DNA from: an uncultured Gammaproteobacteria bacterium
Lineage (GTDB): Bacteria > Patescibacteriota > Microgenomatia > 0-14-0-10-38-17
Assembly (NCBI GenBank): GCA_964624185.1
Contig: CAZUWK010000002.1
Span: 1 to 36,088, forward strand
Direction of reading: 5' to 3'
Length of the DNA: 36,088 bases
Positions 7,194 to 16,212 of this stretch are shown here, piece after piece (the first letter of the stretch is position 1; every line of letters begins with the position of its first letter). A program made the position numbers and the translations under genes. The notes under the pieces were generated by a model. The model ran no database searches. It worked only from the letters and a program-made list of their open reading frames with translations, and had not been told where the DNA came from.

Positions 7194-8439
7194 TAACAAA
7201 AAAACCGGTTTGGCTAAGGGAGAAAGGTTGGCCGGTTTGGCGATTTGGCTGGAAGGGGCTTTGGCCCTCTCAAAGGCTGTTATTGGCCTTGCTTCCGGTA
7301 GCCTGGTACTGATAACTGATGCTATTCATAGTGCCTCTGATTTACTCTCTATTATTACCTCTTGGCTGGGTTTAAGAATTGCCCAAAAGAAAGCTACCAA
7401 ACGCTTTTCTTACGGCTATTACAAAGCGGAAAGCGTTGGCGCCTTAATAATTTCGGCTTTAATTATTTATGGTTTTTGGGAAATGTTTTCTCAGGGGCTA
7501 TCCAGTCTTACCCGCCCATCCCAGGTTTCTATTCCCCTTTTGGCGATGGGGGTTTCCTTAGTTGATGCTTTATTTTTGTTTTTCTTTGGTAATTATGAAG
7601 TTCGGGTGGGCGAGGAAATTAACGCTCAAAGCTTAATTGCTATGGGTAAGGAAAATAGAACCCACATTTTTTCTTCGAGCGCGGTTCTAATTGGTACTTT
7701 GGCGGCTTATTATCAAATTCCCTATCTTGAAGGGATAATCACCATGGGTATTTCTTTATTGATTTTGGAAATTGGTTTGTCTTCAGGTAAAGAAGCGGTT
7801 TTGTCATTAATGGATGTTAGTCCGGGCAAAGAAGTGGAGGAAAAAGTTGCCAAGGCCATTGAGTCGGCGCCAGGGGTGGAGGAATTTTGGGATTTGAAAT
7901 TAAGAAAATCGGGCCCTTATGTATTTGGCCAAGTTAAGGTAGGGGTAAGAAAGTTTATTGACGTTTCCCGGGCCCATAAGGTTGCCGATAAGATTGAAAA
8001 AGAGGTCAAAAAGGTAGTTGCCAATGTTGACTCTTTGGCGGTTCATATTGAGCCGTTTAGGAGTGATTTTTGTCATTTAGTGATTCCGGTTAAAGATAAA
8101 AAAGATTTGGAATCGACTCTTGATAACCGCTTCGGTCGAGCGCCGTATTTTTTGTTTGTTAATTTAGAAAAAGATGAAATTAGGGGCTTTTATTTTATTG
8201 ACAATAAGTTTAAAAATAAAAAAGTTCGGGCCGGTTTAGCAGCGGCAAAACTAATTGTCGATCAAAAAAGTCAGGTCTTAATCGCCAATCAGGTCGGCGA
8301 GATTTCTTTTCATGCTCTTCACGACAACTTAATTGATATTTATCAGACAAAAAAAGCCAAAACCGCCAAAGAAGCGATTAGCTTATTTTTGAAGGGAGAA
8401 ATTGATCAGTTGGTCGAACCAACAAAGGAAAAAAATTAA
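7183..8439 (+). CDS. cation diffusion facilitator (CDF) transporter fused to a C-terminal NifX-like domain
   Basis: The six-TM N-terminal part carries the TM2 motif DAIHSASDLLS. A CDF cytoplasmic domain follows (VEEFWDLKLRKSGPYVFGQVKVGV...VHIEP). The last ~115 aa read HLVIPVKDKKDLESTLDNRFGRAPYFLFVNLEKDE...VLIANQVGEISFHALHDNLIDIY, repeating the NifX-like pattern of the preceding gene. The start overlaps the upstream stop by 11 nt. Confidence 0.7.
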   Translation: MVDNNKKTGLAKGERLAGLAIWLEGALALSKAVIGLASGSLVLITDAIHSASDLLSIITSWLGLRIAQKKATKRFSYGYYKAESVGALIISALIIYGFWEMFSQGLSSLTRPSQVSIPLLAMGVSLVDALFLFFFGNYEVRVGEEINAQSLIAMGKENRTHIFSSSAVLIGTLAAYYQIPYLEGIITMGISLLILEIGLSSGKEAVLSLMDVSPGKEVEEKVAKAIESAPGVEEFWDLKLRKSGPYVFGQVKVGVRKFIDVSRAHKVADKIEKEVKKVVANVDSLAVHIEPFRSDFCHLVIPVKDKKDLESTLDNRFGRAPYFLFVNLEKDEIRGFYFIDNKFKNKKVRAGLAAAKLIVDQKSQVLIANQVGEISFHALHDNLIDIYQTKKAKTAKEAISLFLKGEIDQLVEPTKEKN

Positions 8440-9297
8440 ATGGCTGGTGTAAAAACGGTGGCTATCACTGGCGGTAAGGGTGGCGTTGGCAAATCAACGG
8501 TGGCGATTCTTTTGGCCAACAAGCTTCGAAAAGAGGGTAAAAGAGTGGTTTTGGCTGATTGTGATGTTGAATGCCCCAACGGCTATCTTCTTTTAGGCCA
8601 AGAATTAGATAAGCCAGCCAAGAAAGTAACGGCCCAATTCCCTAAATTAATAAAGGAAAAGTGTCAAACCCGCCTGCCGGACGGGCAGGAGTGCGGCCTC
8701 TGTGTTGACAAGTGCCGCTCTAAGGCTATTTTCCAAGCCCCTGGCCAATACCCAATTTTTTTGGAAGCGCTTTGTTCCGGTTGCGGCCTATGCTGGCATC
8801 TTTGCCCCCATCAGGCCATTTCGATTAAGAAAAAAGTTATTGGCGAAATTTTTCAAAACAAAATAACAGATAATTTTTATTTAGTAACCGGTCAATCGGT
8901 AGGAGTAGTCGAAGAATCGGGACCAATAGTTAGCCAAACTAAAAAGTTGGCCCAAGAATTAGCTGAAAAAATTGAAGCTGATTATTTATTGGTTGATACG
9001 GCCGTAGGCTTGCATTGCGGCGTAATTCGGGCCCTAATGGGAGCGGATTTAGCCTTTGCGGTGGCTGAACCCACCCCCTTGGGGGCCCATGATTTGAAGT
9101 TAATTTTAGAGTTGTTATCTATTCTTAAGGTAAGGGCTAAAATTATTCTTAATCAGGCCGATTTAGGAGTAAAAGAGCCAATTGCCAAAATTGCCCAAGA
9201 GAAAAAAACGCCGATAGAATATCAATTACCTTATTCTAAAGAACTGGCTAAAGCTTATTCACAAGGAAAATTAGCAAAAATTAATATTTTTTCATGA
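8440..9297 (+). CDS. MinD/ParA-superfamily P-loop ATPase with inserted 4Fe-4S ferredoxin domain
   Basis: It has the deviant Walker A GGKGGVGKST and the Cys motifs CGLCVDKC and CSGCGLCWHLCP. It starts immediately after the upstream stop. Confidence 0.75.
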   Translation: MAGVKTVAITGGKGGVGKSTVAILLANKLRKEGKRVVLADCDVECPNGYLLLGQELDKPAKKVTAQFPKLIKEKCQTRLPDGQECGLCVDKCRSKAIFQAPGQYPIFLEALCSGCGLCWHLCPHQAISIKKKVIGEIFQNKITDNFYLVTGQSVGVVEESGPIVSQTKKLAQELAEKIEADYLLVDTAVGLHCGVIRALMGADLAFAVAEPTPLGAHDLKLILELLSILKVRAKIILNQADLGVKEPIAKIAQEKKTPIEYQLPYSKELAKAYSQGKLAKINIFS

Positions 9298-10181
9298 CTA
9301 AAATTGCCGTTGTTTCCGGTAAGGGCGGGGTAGGCAAATCAATGCTCTCCTCTTCTCTTTGTCTTTATTTATCCCAAAATCAAAAAATTGTTGCTGTTGA
9401 TGGCGACGTTGATGCTCCTAACCTTCATTTGTGGTTAGGATTAGGTGAATCCTGGGATGAAGAGAAAGAAATTTCTGTTTTTGAAAAACCGGTTTTTGAT
9501 TTGGGTAAATGCACCGGCTGTGGAAGGTGTGCCCAAATTTGTGCCTTTGGGGCTTTGGAAATGAAAAAAGGCCAGCCAAATTTAAACAGATTTATCTGTG
9601 AGGGTTGTGGAGCTTGCGAAGAAATTTGTCCAGTGGGGGCGATTAAAATGAAACCGGTAGGAGGGGCCAAAATTAGGATTAAAAAAGATGCTGGCGGTTT
9701 TCCCTTATTTTCGGCCCAGCTTTATCCGGGCCAAACTGGTTCGGGTAAAGTAGTTGACCAGATACTCAATAGGGCCGAGCATTTTTTTTACCAAACGATG
9801 GTAATTGATGCTCCGGCCGGAACCGGCTGTCCAGTAATTGCCGTTTTAAAAGAAGCGGATTTTGTCATTTTAGTTACCGAACCTACCCCCTCAGGCTTTA
9901 CCGATTTAAAACGAGCCCTGGGGGTGGTTGACCATTTTGGGCTTCCTTTCGGGGTTGTTGTTAATAAGTGGGATCTTAATCCATCTTATGTTAAGAAAAT
10001 AGTTCATTTTGCCGGGCAAAACTTTTTAGGGAAAATTAGCTATAATCAAAAAATATTTTCGGCTCTGGCTAATTTAGAACCGATTATGACTACCGATTTG
10101 CCGACCAAGCAAGAAATGAAAAAAATTTTTTTAAGACTCCTTGATCGCCTAGCAAGACCACTAATTACCCGGTTGTGTTAA
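9294..10181 (+). CDS. MinD/ParA-superfamily P-loop ATPase with inserted 2x[4Fe-4S] ferredoxin domain (paralogue)
   Basis: It has SGKGGVGKS plus CTGCGRCAQIC and CEGCGACEEICP. Its start forms an ATGA overlap with the upstream gene. Confidence 0.75.
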   Translation: MTKIAVVSGKGGVGKSMLSSSLCLYLSQNQKIVAVDGDVDAPNLHLWLGLGESWDEEKEISVFEKPVFDLGKCTGCGRCAQICAFGALEMKKGQPNLNRFICEGCGACEEICPVGAIKMKPVGGAKIRIKKDAGGFPLFSAQLYPGQTGSGKVVDQILNRAEHFFYQTMVIDAPAGTGCPVIAVLKEADFVILVTEPTPSGFTDLKRALGVVDHFGLPFGVVVNKWDLNPSYVKKIVHFAGQNFLGKISYNQKIFSALANLEPIMTTDLPTKQEMKKIFLRLLDRLARPLITRLC

Positions 10182-10218
10182 AATTTAATCTTAGGGGGAA
10201 ATCAGTCTAGATAATTAA

Positions 10219-11427
10219 ATGGAAATAACAAAGAAAAACTTTTTAGTAACCATTGCCGCTGTTTTTCTGTTAATTTTTGGTTTATTTATTCCCGCCAAAA
10301 TTGAGGCTCAAGAAAAGATCTCTCTTCATTTATTTTGGTCTTATGGTTGTCCTCATTGCGAGGAGGAAAAGATTTTTCTTAATAACCTGAAAGATCAATA
10401 TCCCGAATTAACGATTAAGGCCTATGAAGTAACTTCTAATCGGCCCAATTCAATTTTGCTGGAAAAAACCGGAGAAGCGTTAGGGATAAATATTTCCGGA
10501 GTGCCATTTACCATTATTGGCCAGGACTTTCTTATTGGTTATGAGAGTGATGAAACTACCGGCCGAAGGATTGAAGAGATGATAAGGTCGGCCACAGAGA
10601 ATGATCATGATGACTTAGTTGGTAACTTATTGTCTGCCGAGCAGTCAAATCAAAACGAGCAAGCTCAAGTAAAAGGGGCCGACACTATAAGAGTACCGGT
10701 TTTTGGCGATCTAGAGATTGCCAAACTTTCTCTTCCCCTGTTGACCTTTGTGGTGGCTCTTTTGGACGGCTTTAACCCTTGCGCCATGTGGACTTTAATT
10801 TTTCTAATTAGCTTATTGTTGGGCATGAAAGACAAAAAGCGAAGGTGGATTTTAGGAACTGCTTTTATTGTTACTAGCGGGGCAATTTATTTCTTGTTTC
10901 TTTCGGCTTGGCTAAATCTCTTTTTATTTTTAGGTTGGGTAACCTGGATTCGAATTTTGATTGGTTTGATAGCCTTGGTGGCCGGCGGATATTATTTGAG
11001 AGATTTTTGGGTTAATCGGGAGGGAGTTTGCCCGGTAACCGGCAACCAAAAGAGGCAAAAAATTTTCCAGAAAATAAAAGCTATTACCCAAAAAAGGCAA
11101 TTTCTCTTGGCCCTGCTGGGAATAATATTACTAGCGGTTGCTGTTAATGCGGTTGAGCTGGTTTGTTCAGCTGGTTTGCCGGCTATTTATACTCAAGTTT
11201 TGGCCTTGGCTAATTTGCCTACCTGGCAATATTATCTTTATCTTATTTTTTATGTGATTATTTTTATGATCGATGATTTATTTGTTTTTTTTGCCGCCAT
11301 GATTACTCTTAGGGTAACCGGGATTCAAACTAAGTATGCCCGTTATTCTCATTTAATTGGCGGTTTGTTAATGCTGGTTATTGGTTTACTGCTTTTGTTT
11401 AAACCGGGATTATTAATGTTTGGTTAA
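10219..11427 (+). CDS. thioredoxin-fold (CPHC) domain fused to a polytopic membrane domain with conserved cysteines; putative transmembrane thiol-disulfide oxidoreductase
   Basis: 402 aa with an N-terminal signal or TM segment. WSYGCPHCEEEK is a thioredoxin/DsbA-type CxxC motif. Six or more TM segments follow, carrying LDGFNPCAMW and ELVCSAGLP. Confidence 0.45.
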   Translation: MEITKKNFLVTIAAVFLLIFGLFIPAKIEAQEKISLHLFWSYGCPHCEEEKIFLNNLKDQYPELTIKAYEVTSNRPNSILLEKTGEALGINISGVPFTIIGQDFLIGYESDETTGRRIEEMIRSATENDHDDLVGNLLSAEQSNQNEQAQVKGADTIRVPVFGDLEIAKLSLPLLTFVVALLDGFNPCAMWTLIFLISLLLGMKDKKRRWILGTAFIVTSGAIYFLFLSAWLNLFLFLGWVTWIRILIGLIALVAGGYYLRDFWVNREGVCPVTGNQKRQKIFQKIKAITQKRQFLLALLGIILLAVAVNAVELVCSAGLPAIYTQVLALANLPTWQYYLYLIFYVIIFMIDDLFVFFAAMITLRVTGIQTKYARYSHLIGGLLMLVIGLLLLFKPGLLMFG

Positions 11428-11840
11428 AATTACAAGGTTGTTATGAAGAATGTCAGCAGGGCGGTAAGGAAAGAATTAGAACTTGGTCTTTAATTTTGGC
11501 GGCCACTGCGGCCACTGCAGTTTGTCGGCCAGCATTCGTATTTAATTTGTTTGTCTCATACTTTGATTTTTGCGAATTATTAAAGAATTAATTACTGGTG
11601 GTTCACCACCCTTTATAGTTCAAATTAAAAAATTGAGAATAGCGATGTTTTATTTGATCGACCGAAGAAACATTTTTTAAAAAAGAGGTAGCAAGAGAGC
11701 AAAAAACAATCAGTTTTTTGAGGGTAATGGCCATTTTCTTTCTTAAAATATTCATCTCATAAATGCTTGTCGATGTCGATAATCTTGCTTTCGGGGCAAT
11801 TTTTCTAGTAAAATAAGGAAGGTAGGAGGAGGTGATAATA

Positions 11841-12368
11841 ATGAATAAGAACACAATTGTCGCCGTAGTTGTTTTGGTTTTGTTGGTGGTGGTCGGTTTC
11901 TTAGCCTTCAATCAAAGTCCGGTTGAGGCGCCAGAAGTTAATCTTGAGGACGACCAGCCTCTTGAAGAACCAATTCAAGAAGAGGCCGAAGAAACAGTGA
12001 CCGGTCCGGAGGTGGTGGTGGAAGAGTTTTTGGCCAATTTTATTAAATCCGCTCTCCCAGAGCCAGACCAAGCTGCTCGTGAAGCTGCGATGGCCCTTAT
12101 TTCTCTGGAAGCAATAGAAGAGGCGCTTGACGACGAAGACGAATTCTCTTTGCCCTTGTTTGTTGGGGTTCAAGATATTCCCGATGTTGGCCATGAGCTG
12201 GTTAGCGTTGAATATCAAGATGACCCGGTTACCGGACAGGCTAATAGTTTAGCCGAAGCGACTGTTAATCTGAAATATTCAGAAGAAGGAGATTCTCTTC
12301 GAGTTTTTCCGTTGGCCTTAGTTGATGACCAATGGTTGATTACCGGACCAGCCCGAATGGCCGAGTAA
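11841..12368 (+). CDS. membrane-anchored, highly acidic protein of unknown function
   Basis: ATG 11841 follows GGAGGAGGTG; the track start at 11832 is a GTG inside that SD. The N-terminus has a TM segment (IVAVVVLVLLVVVGFLAF), followed by an E/D-rich stretch. Confidence 0.45.
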   Translation: MNKNTIVAVVVLVLLVVVGFLAFNQSPVEAPEVNLEDDQPLEEPIQEEAEETVTGPEVVVEEFLANFIKSALPEPDQAAREAAMALISLEAIEEALDDEDEFSLPLFVGVQDIPDVGHELVSVEYQDDPVTGQANSLAEATVNLKYSEEGDSLRVFPLALVDDQWLITGPARMAE

Positions 12369-12525
12369 AATTAGGGGAAAACTTGTTGGTGGTTTTTAGG
12401 TAAAGTGGTCAGTAGTTGATTTGTTAGCTTGTTTGGTTAATATTTTCTCTTTTAAGCGAGGGGAACTAGTTTTAACCGATCCGTTGGCGAGGGAAATTTA
12501 AAGATTATTAACGCCCAAGCGGGTT

Positions 12526-14460
12526 TTAGAAAATTACTTGGCTTAGGAGTTCGTCTATTTGGGCGGTGGCCATGCCAATCACCTTATCGCCACCGCCGTA
12601 GTAGATAAAAAGAGTATTTTTCACCAAGATCGCTCCGCAGGGAAAAACCACGTTAGGAACATCACCAATTTGTTCATATTTTTCGGTGGGCTTGATAATT
12701 GGGTATTTGCTTCGATAAAGAACTTTGCCGGGGTCGTTTTGGTCCAAAATCATCATCCCAACCCGATATTGATGGTCGATATCGGAAACACCGTGGTACA
12801 GGAGCAGCCAGCCGGAGTTAATTTTAATTGGTGGGCCGGCAATACCGATTTTTTCTCCATCCCAGCCATTAGGCCGAGGATAAATTGCCTGCTCTTTTTT
12901 AAGCCAATTTTCTTCTTTTTTTAGTTCTTCTAGGCTATTAACGTAGTCAATGGCGATATCTCTCCCCCCGGTTCGGTGCAGGATAACATATTGGCCATTG
13001 ATTTTCTCCGGTAGGAGACAACTGTTTTTATTGTGAACGCCAAATTTAGAGATGGCAACCGGATCAGACCACTCCCAGCGATGATTAACAAAATCATTAA
13101 CGGTGATTGATGACATCGCTACGCGAGGAGGATCAATGCCGTTATAGGCGGTATAAAACATGTAAAACTGGTCCCCCATTTTGGTAATTCGGGGGTCTTC
13201 ACAACCAGAAAGCCGCCCTGGTTCTTTTTTTTGTTCAAAGTCCCCTCGGGGGGTATAAATTGGCTCATTAAAACGCTTAAAGTGGAAACCGTCATCGCTT
13301 TCGGCTAAGCCCAAAGTGGAGGTATGATCCGGCGATTGAGCCCGATAAACCAAATAAAATTTGTCCTGTTCGTAAACTGCGGCCGGGTTAAAAACGGAAT
13401 TAGCCTCCCATAAATTTTCTTCGCGGGGAGTAAGAATAGGATTATGATGATATTTAGTGGCCAAAAAAACTTCCTTGGTAGGGTTATGGAACATATTTTT
13501 AAATAAGTCGTTGATGTCAATTTCGGCCAGGGCGCAATGATTATCGGCGGCACCATAGTAAAGGCGTAAGCGTTTACCCTCAAGCGTGGCTCCGGAAGGA
13601 AAAACCACATTGTCGACGGCGCCTTTTTTTTCGTATTTTGTTTTTGGGGCCATTATTGGTCCATCGGTTCGGGCAATAATTTTTTTTGGGTCATTTTTAT
13701 CTAATAAGGCGGCTTCGATGCTAAAAAGCCGCTTTTCGGGAGTGTAGTAGTTTTGAATATGGGCATAAATTAGCAACCAGCCATGTTTAGTTTTAATTGG
13801 TACCGTGCCAACTTCGATTTGATCGGAGTTTAAGCGGCGCAAGTTAATGGAGTGTCGATAATGATCCAGGCATTTATACCATTTGTTCCAAAAACCCGGC
13901 GACCAAATATCGGACAGCTGATTAAAATAGGCCAAACCAATTCGAGCCGGTGGCTGGTCGGTATCGGCGGTTAAGACGGCCGCATATTGACCGTTAATCT
14001 TTTCCGGGAAAAGAGCCATCGCCTTAGCGTTAAAATGGGTGACCAGGTGTTTGGCTTGAATGGTTTTTAAATCTTTGCTAATGGCCAGGCCAACCCTGAT
14101 CCCCTCTGGTTTTGGCGGATAGCAAGACAGGGCGGTGTAAAAAATATAATATTTGTTTTTTATTTTGGTAACTCTGGGGTCTTCACAACCGTATTTTTCC
14201 CATTCTTTTTCCGGTTCAACTAAAACCCCTCTTTTGGTAAAGTCGACGCCATTTTTGCTAACAGCATGAGCAATGGTAGAAACGGTCATTTTTTGGCCCA
14301 GATGCTCTTTTTTGGCCGACATCGCCCGATATAGGAGATGATATTGGCCGTCTTTGACAACGGTGGGATTGAAAGCCCCCTCGGTTTCCCAAAGATTTTT
14401 TGGATCAGGAGAAAGGATTGGGTTCTTAGGATGGCGGACCACTTTCAAATTATTGATCAT
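12526..14460 (-). CDS. tandem double GH130-family module protein (beta-mannoside phosphorylase/glycosidase-like)
   Basis: Two copies of the GH130 pattern are present. Copy 1 reads NPTVVKDGQYHLLYRA...CEDPRVTKIKNKYYIFYTA...YYGAADNHCALAEI. Copy 2 reads NPAAVYEQDKFYLVYRA...CEDPRITKMGDQFYMFYTA...YYGGGDKVIGMATA. I prefer ATG 14460 (MINNLKVVRHPKNPIL), which lies 4 nt after the upstream stop, over the track start at 14490. Confidence 0.75.
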   Translation of the reverse strand: MINNLKVVRHPKNPILSPDPKNLWETEGAFNPTVVKDGQYHLLYRAMSAKKEHLGQKMTVSTIAHAVSKNGVDFTKRGVLVEPEKEWEKYGCEDPRVTKIKNKYYIFYTALSCYPPKPEGIRVGLAISKDLKTIQAKHLVTHFNAKAMALFPEKINGQYAAVLTADTDQPPARIGLAYFNQLSDIWSPGFWNKWYKCLDHYRHSINLRRLNSDQIEVGTVPIKTKHGWLLIYAHIQNYYTPEKRLFSIEAALLDKNDPKKIIARTDGPIMAPKTKYEKKGAVDNVVFPSGATLEGKRLRLYYGAADNHCALAEIDINDLFKNMFHNPTKEVFLATKYHHNPILTPREENLWEANSVFNPAAVYEQDKFYLVYRAQSPDHTSTLGLAESDDGFHFKRFNEPIYTPRGDFEQKKEPGRLSGCEDPRITKMGDQFYMFYTAYNGIDPPRVAMSSITVNDFVNHRWEWSDPVAISKFGVHNKNSCLLPEKINGQYVILHRTGGRDIAIDYVNSLEELKKEENWLKKEQAIYPRPNGWDGEKIGIAGPPIKINSGWLLLYHGVSDIDHQYRVGMMILDQNDPGKVLYRSKYPIIKPTEKYEQIGDVPNVVFPCGAILVKNTLFIYYGGGDKVIGMATAQIDELLSQVIF

Positions 14461-14464
14461 TTTT

Positions 14465-16069
14465 TTAGTTTTTTGGTTTAATAACAGCATTTTCTAGTTT
14501 AGCATTACCGGTAGTTTTTAGCTGATCCAAAAAGCGGTCTAAGTTAGCCGTGGCAACGCAAACATAAGAGTCGGCGCCGCCGTAATAAACAAATAAATTA
14601 TTACCAATGATAACCGCGCCACAAGGGTAAACTACTCCGGCCTTAAAGCCGTCGTTGTCATACCACTGATCAGGTTCAATAATTGGCTGTCGGGAGCGAT
14701 AAAGAAGCCTGGTTGGGTTATTTAAATCTAAAAGCATCGCTCCCACTTTATAGCGATGACCTTCTTTGTCATCAACGGCCTGGTAAATTAACAACCAACC
14801 ATCTTTAGTTTTTAGGGGTGGAGCGCCAGCGCCGATTTTCCGGCTGTCCCACCACATTGGCGAACGGGGGCGAATGTGATATTGGCCTTTTAAATATTTA
14901 CCATTAGTAAAGTCGAGAGAATCAACAAAGTCAATTAGAATATCAGGGAAAATTCGGTGGAAAATAACATATTGGCCGTTAATTTTTTCCGGTAAAATAC
15001 AAGCGCTTTTATCAACCACCCCGGGCGGTGAAACTAGAATCGGCTTTTTCCAAAGCCAGTTGCGGTTTAAAAAATCTTTTAGGGCAATTGAAGTGAGGGC
15101 AATTCGGGGTTCGGTGACACCATCAAAAGCAACGTAAGTCATATAAATTCGCTCCTCAACTCGGGTTAGGCGAGGATCTTCACAGCCGCCACAACCACCG
15201 GAAGAATAGGCAGTGCTTAATTGACCAGGCTTTTTAGTGCTTTCAAAAGGCTGGGTAGGGACAAAAACCGGTCGGTCAAACCGCTCATCAATTTTGATGC
15301 CGTCACTGCTGGTGGCGTAGCCAATGGAGGAAACATAGTCAAAACCTTGGGCTCGATAGAAAATATGAACCTTACCGGCCTCATAAATTGCCGCCGGATT
15401 AAAGGTATTAAAGGCTTCCCAAGCATTTTTTGATTCAGGCCTAATAAGTGGGTTTTGGGCGGGTTTGGTTAACTGATAGCTCTTCCTAATTTCGATTTGG
15501 CCGCTGATACGATAATCGGGATAAACTATAGCCCAAATTGCCCCGTCGATTAACCAATAAGCTAAATATTGCCCCCTGATTTTTAATAAATCAATAAAGA
15601 TTGGCGAGTTGTTTTTTGAGGATGGGTTTATTTGCCAAACCGGTTCACTACTGCGCCAAAGAAGCTTGGGGTCTTTTTCCTGAGAAAAGGCTATTACCCC
15701 AATTTCGACTTGATTGTTTTGAGGGTTTTGATAGTGGAAAAAGACCAAAACTCCCTCATTGGTGGTAAAAGCATTTTCGATTTTTAAAGATTCTGGGTCA
15801 ACATATTCACTACCCGGGGCGAGCAGATGATGGTAGCGCTGGTTTAGGAAAGCGATTTTCTTTTCTTTGATTTTGGGATAGGTTTTGACAAATAGGCTTT
15901 TGGGCCGGGCCTTTTTAAAGTTAAAACCATCACTGCTTTTTAAAATTTGCCCGGTTCGGAGCGGTTTTTTATTTTGGATGATTGAATAAGCGGCGCCTTT
16001 ATAATGGCAAAAAAAGAAGGTTTTGCTTTGGGAGCATTGAGCTTTTGTAAAGCCTAGAACTTTAAACAT
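14465..16069 (-). CDS. GH130-family protein with an N-terminal degenerate GH130-like module
   Basis: The C-terminal ~330 aa read NPAAIYEAGKVHIFYRAQG...GCEDPRLTRVEERIYMTYVAFDG...YYGGADSYVCVATA. The N-terminal ~200 aa show weaker propeller-like patterns (LKSSDGFNFKK and IGVIAFSQEKDPKLLWRS). Confidence 0.7.
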   Translation of the reverse strand: MFKVLGFTKAQCSQSKTFFFCHYKGAAYSIIQNKKPLRTGQILKSSDGFNFKKARPKSLFVKTYPKIKEKKIAFLNQRYHHLLAPGSEYVDPESLKIENAFTTNEGVLVFFHYQNPQNNQVEIGVIAFSQEKDPKLLWRSSEPVWQINPSSKNNSPIFIDLLKIRGQYLAYWLIDGAIWAIVYPDYRISGQIEIRKSYQLTKPAQNPLIRPESKNAWEAFNTFNPAAIYEAGKVHIFYRAQGFDYVSSIGYATSSDGIKIDERFDRPVFVPTQPFESTKKPGQLSTAYSSGGCGGCEDPRLTRVEERIYMTYVAFDGVTEPRIALTSIALKDFLNRNWLWKKPILVSPPGVVDKSACILPEKINGQYVIFHRIFPDILIDFVDSLDFTNGKYLKGQYHIRPRSPMWWDSRKIGAGAPPLKTKDGWLLIYQAVDDKEGHRYKVGAMLLDLNNPTRLLYRSRQPIIEPDQWYDNDGFKAGVVYPCGAVIIGNNLFVYYGGADSYVCVATANLDRFLDQLKTTGNAKLENAVIKPKN

Positions 16070-16197
16070 TGATTATTGGCAGGTTATTGGCTTATTTTTC
16101 TAGTAACTACCAGTATAAATAATCGCCCGTTAAATGGCAAGTTTTTGGTTTTTTTAGATTTGGCAAAAATTACCATCTTTTCTAGCAATAACTCTTT

Positions 16198-16206
16198 TGT
16201 TATAAT
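16198..16206 (+). promoter_or_regulatory. extended -10 element TGTTATAAT, 6 nt upstream of ATG (leaderless configuration)
   Basis: TATAAT lies at 16201-16206 and the ATG at 16213. There is no SD between them. Confidence 0.5.
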
Positions 16207-16212
16207 CATTTT

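Noticed and set aside
11499-11516. Tandem 9-mer GCGGCCACT GCGGCCACT in the intergenic region after the thioredoxin-membrane gene.
   Set aside because: There are only two copies, no associated structure or ORF, and nothing similar elsewhere in the window.
11603-11911. A 102-codon minus-strand ORF.
   Set aside because: It overlaps the SD and N-terminus of the well-supported plus-strand gene at 11841. It is Thr/Lys low-complexity at its start and has no SD.
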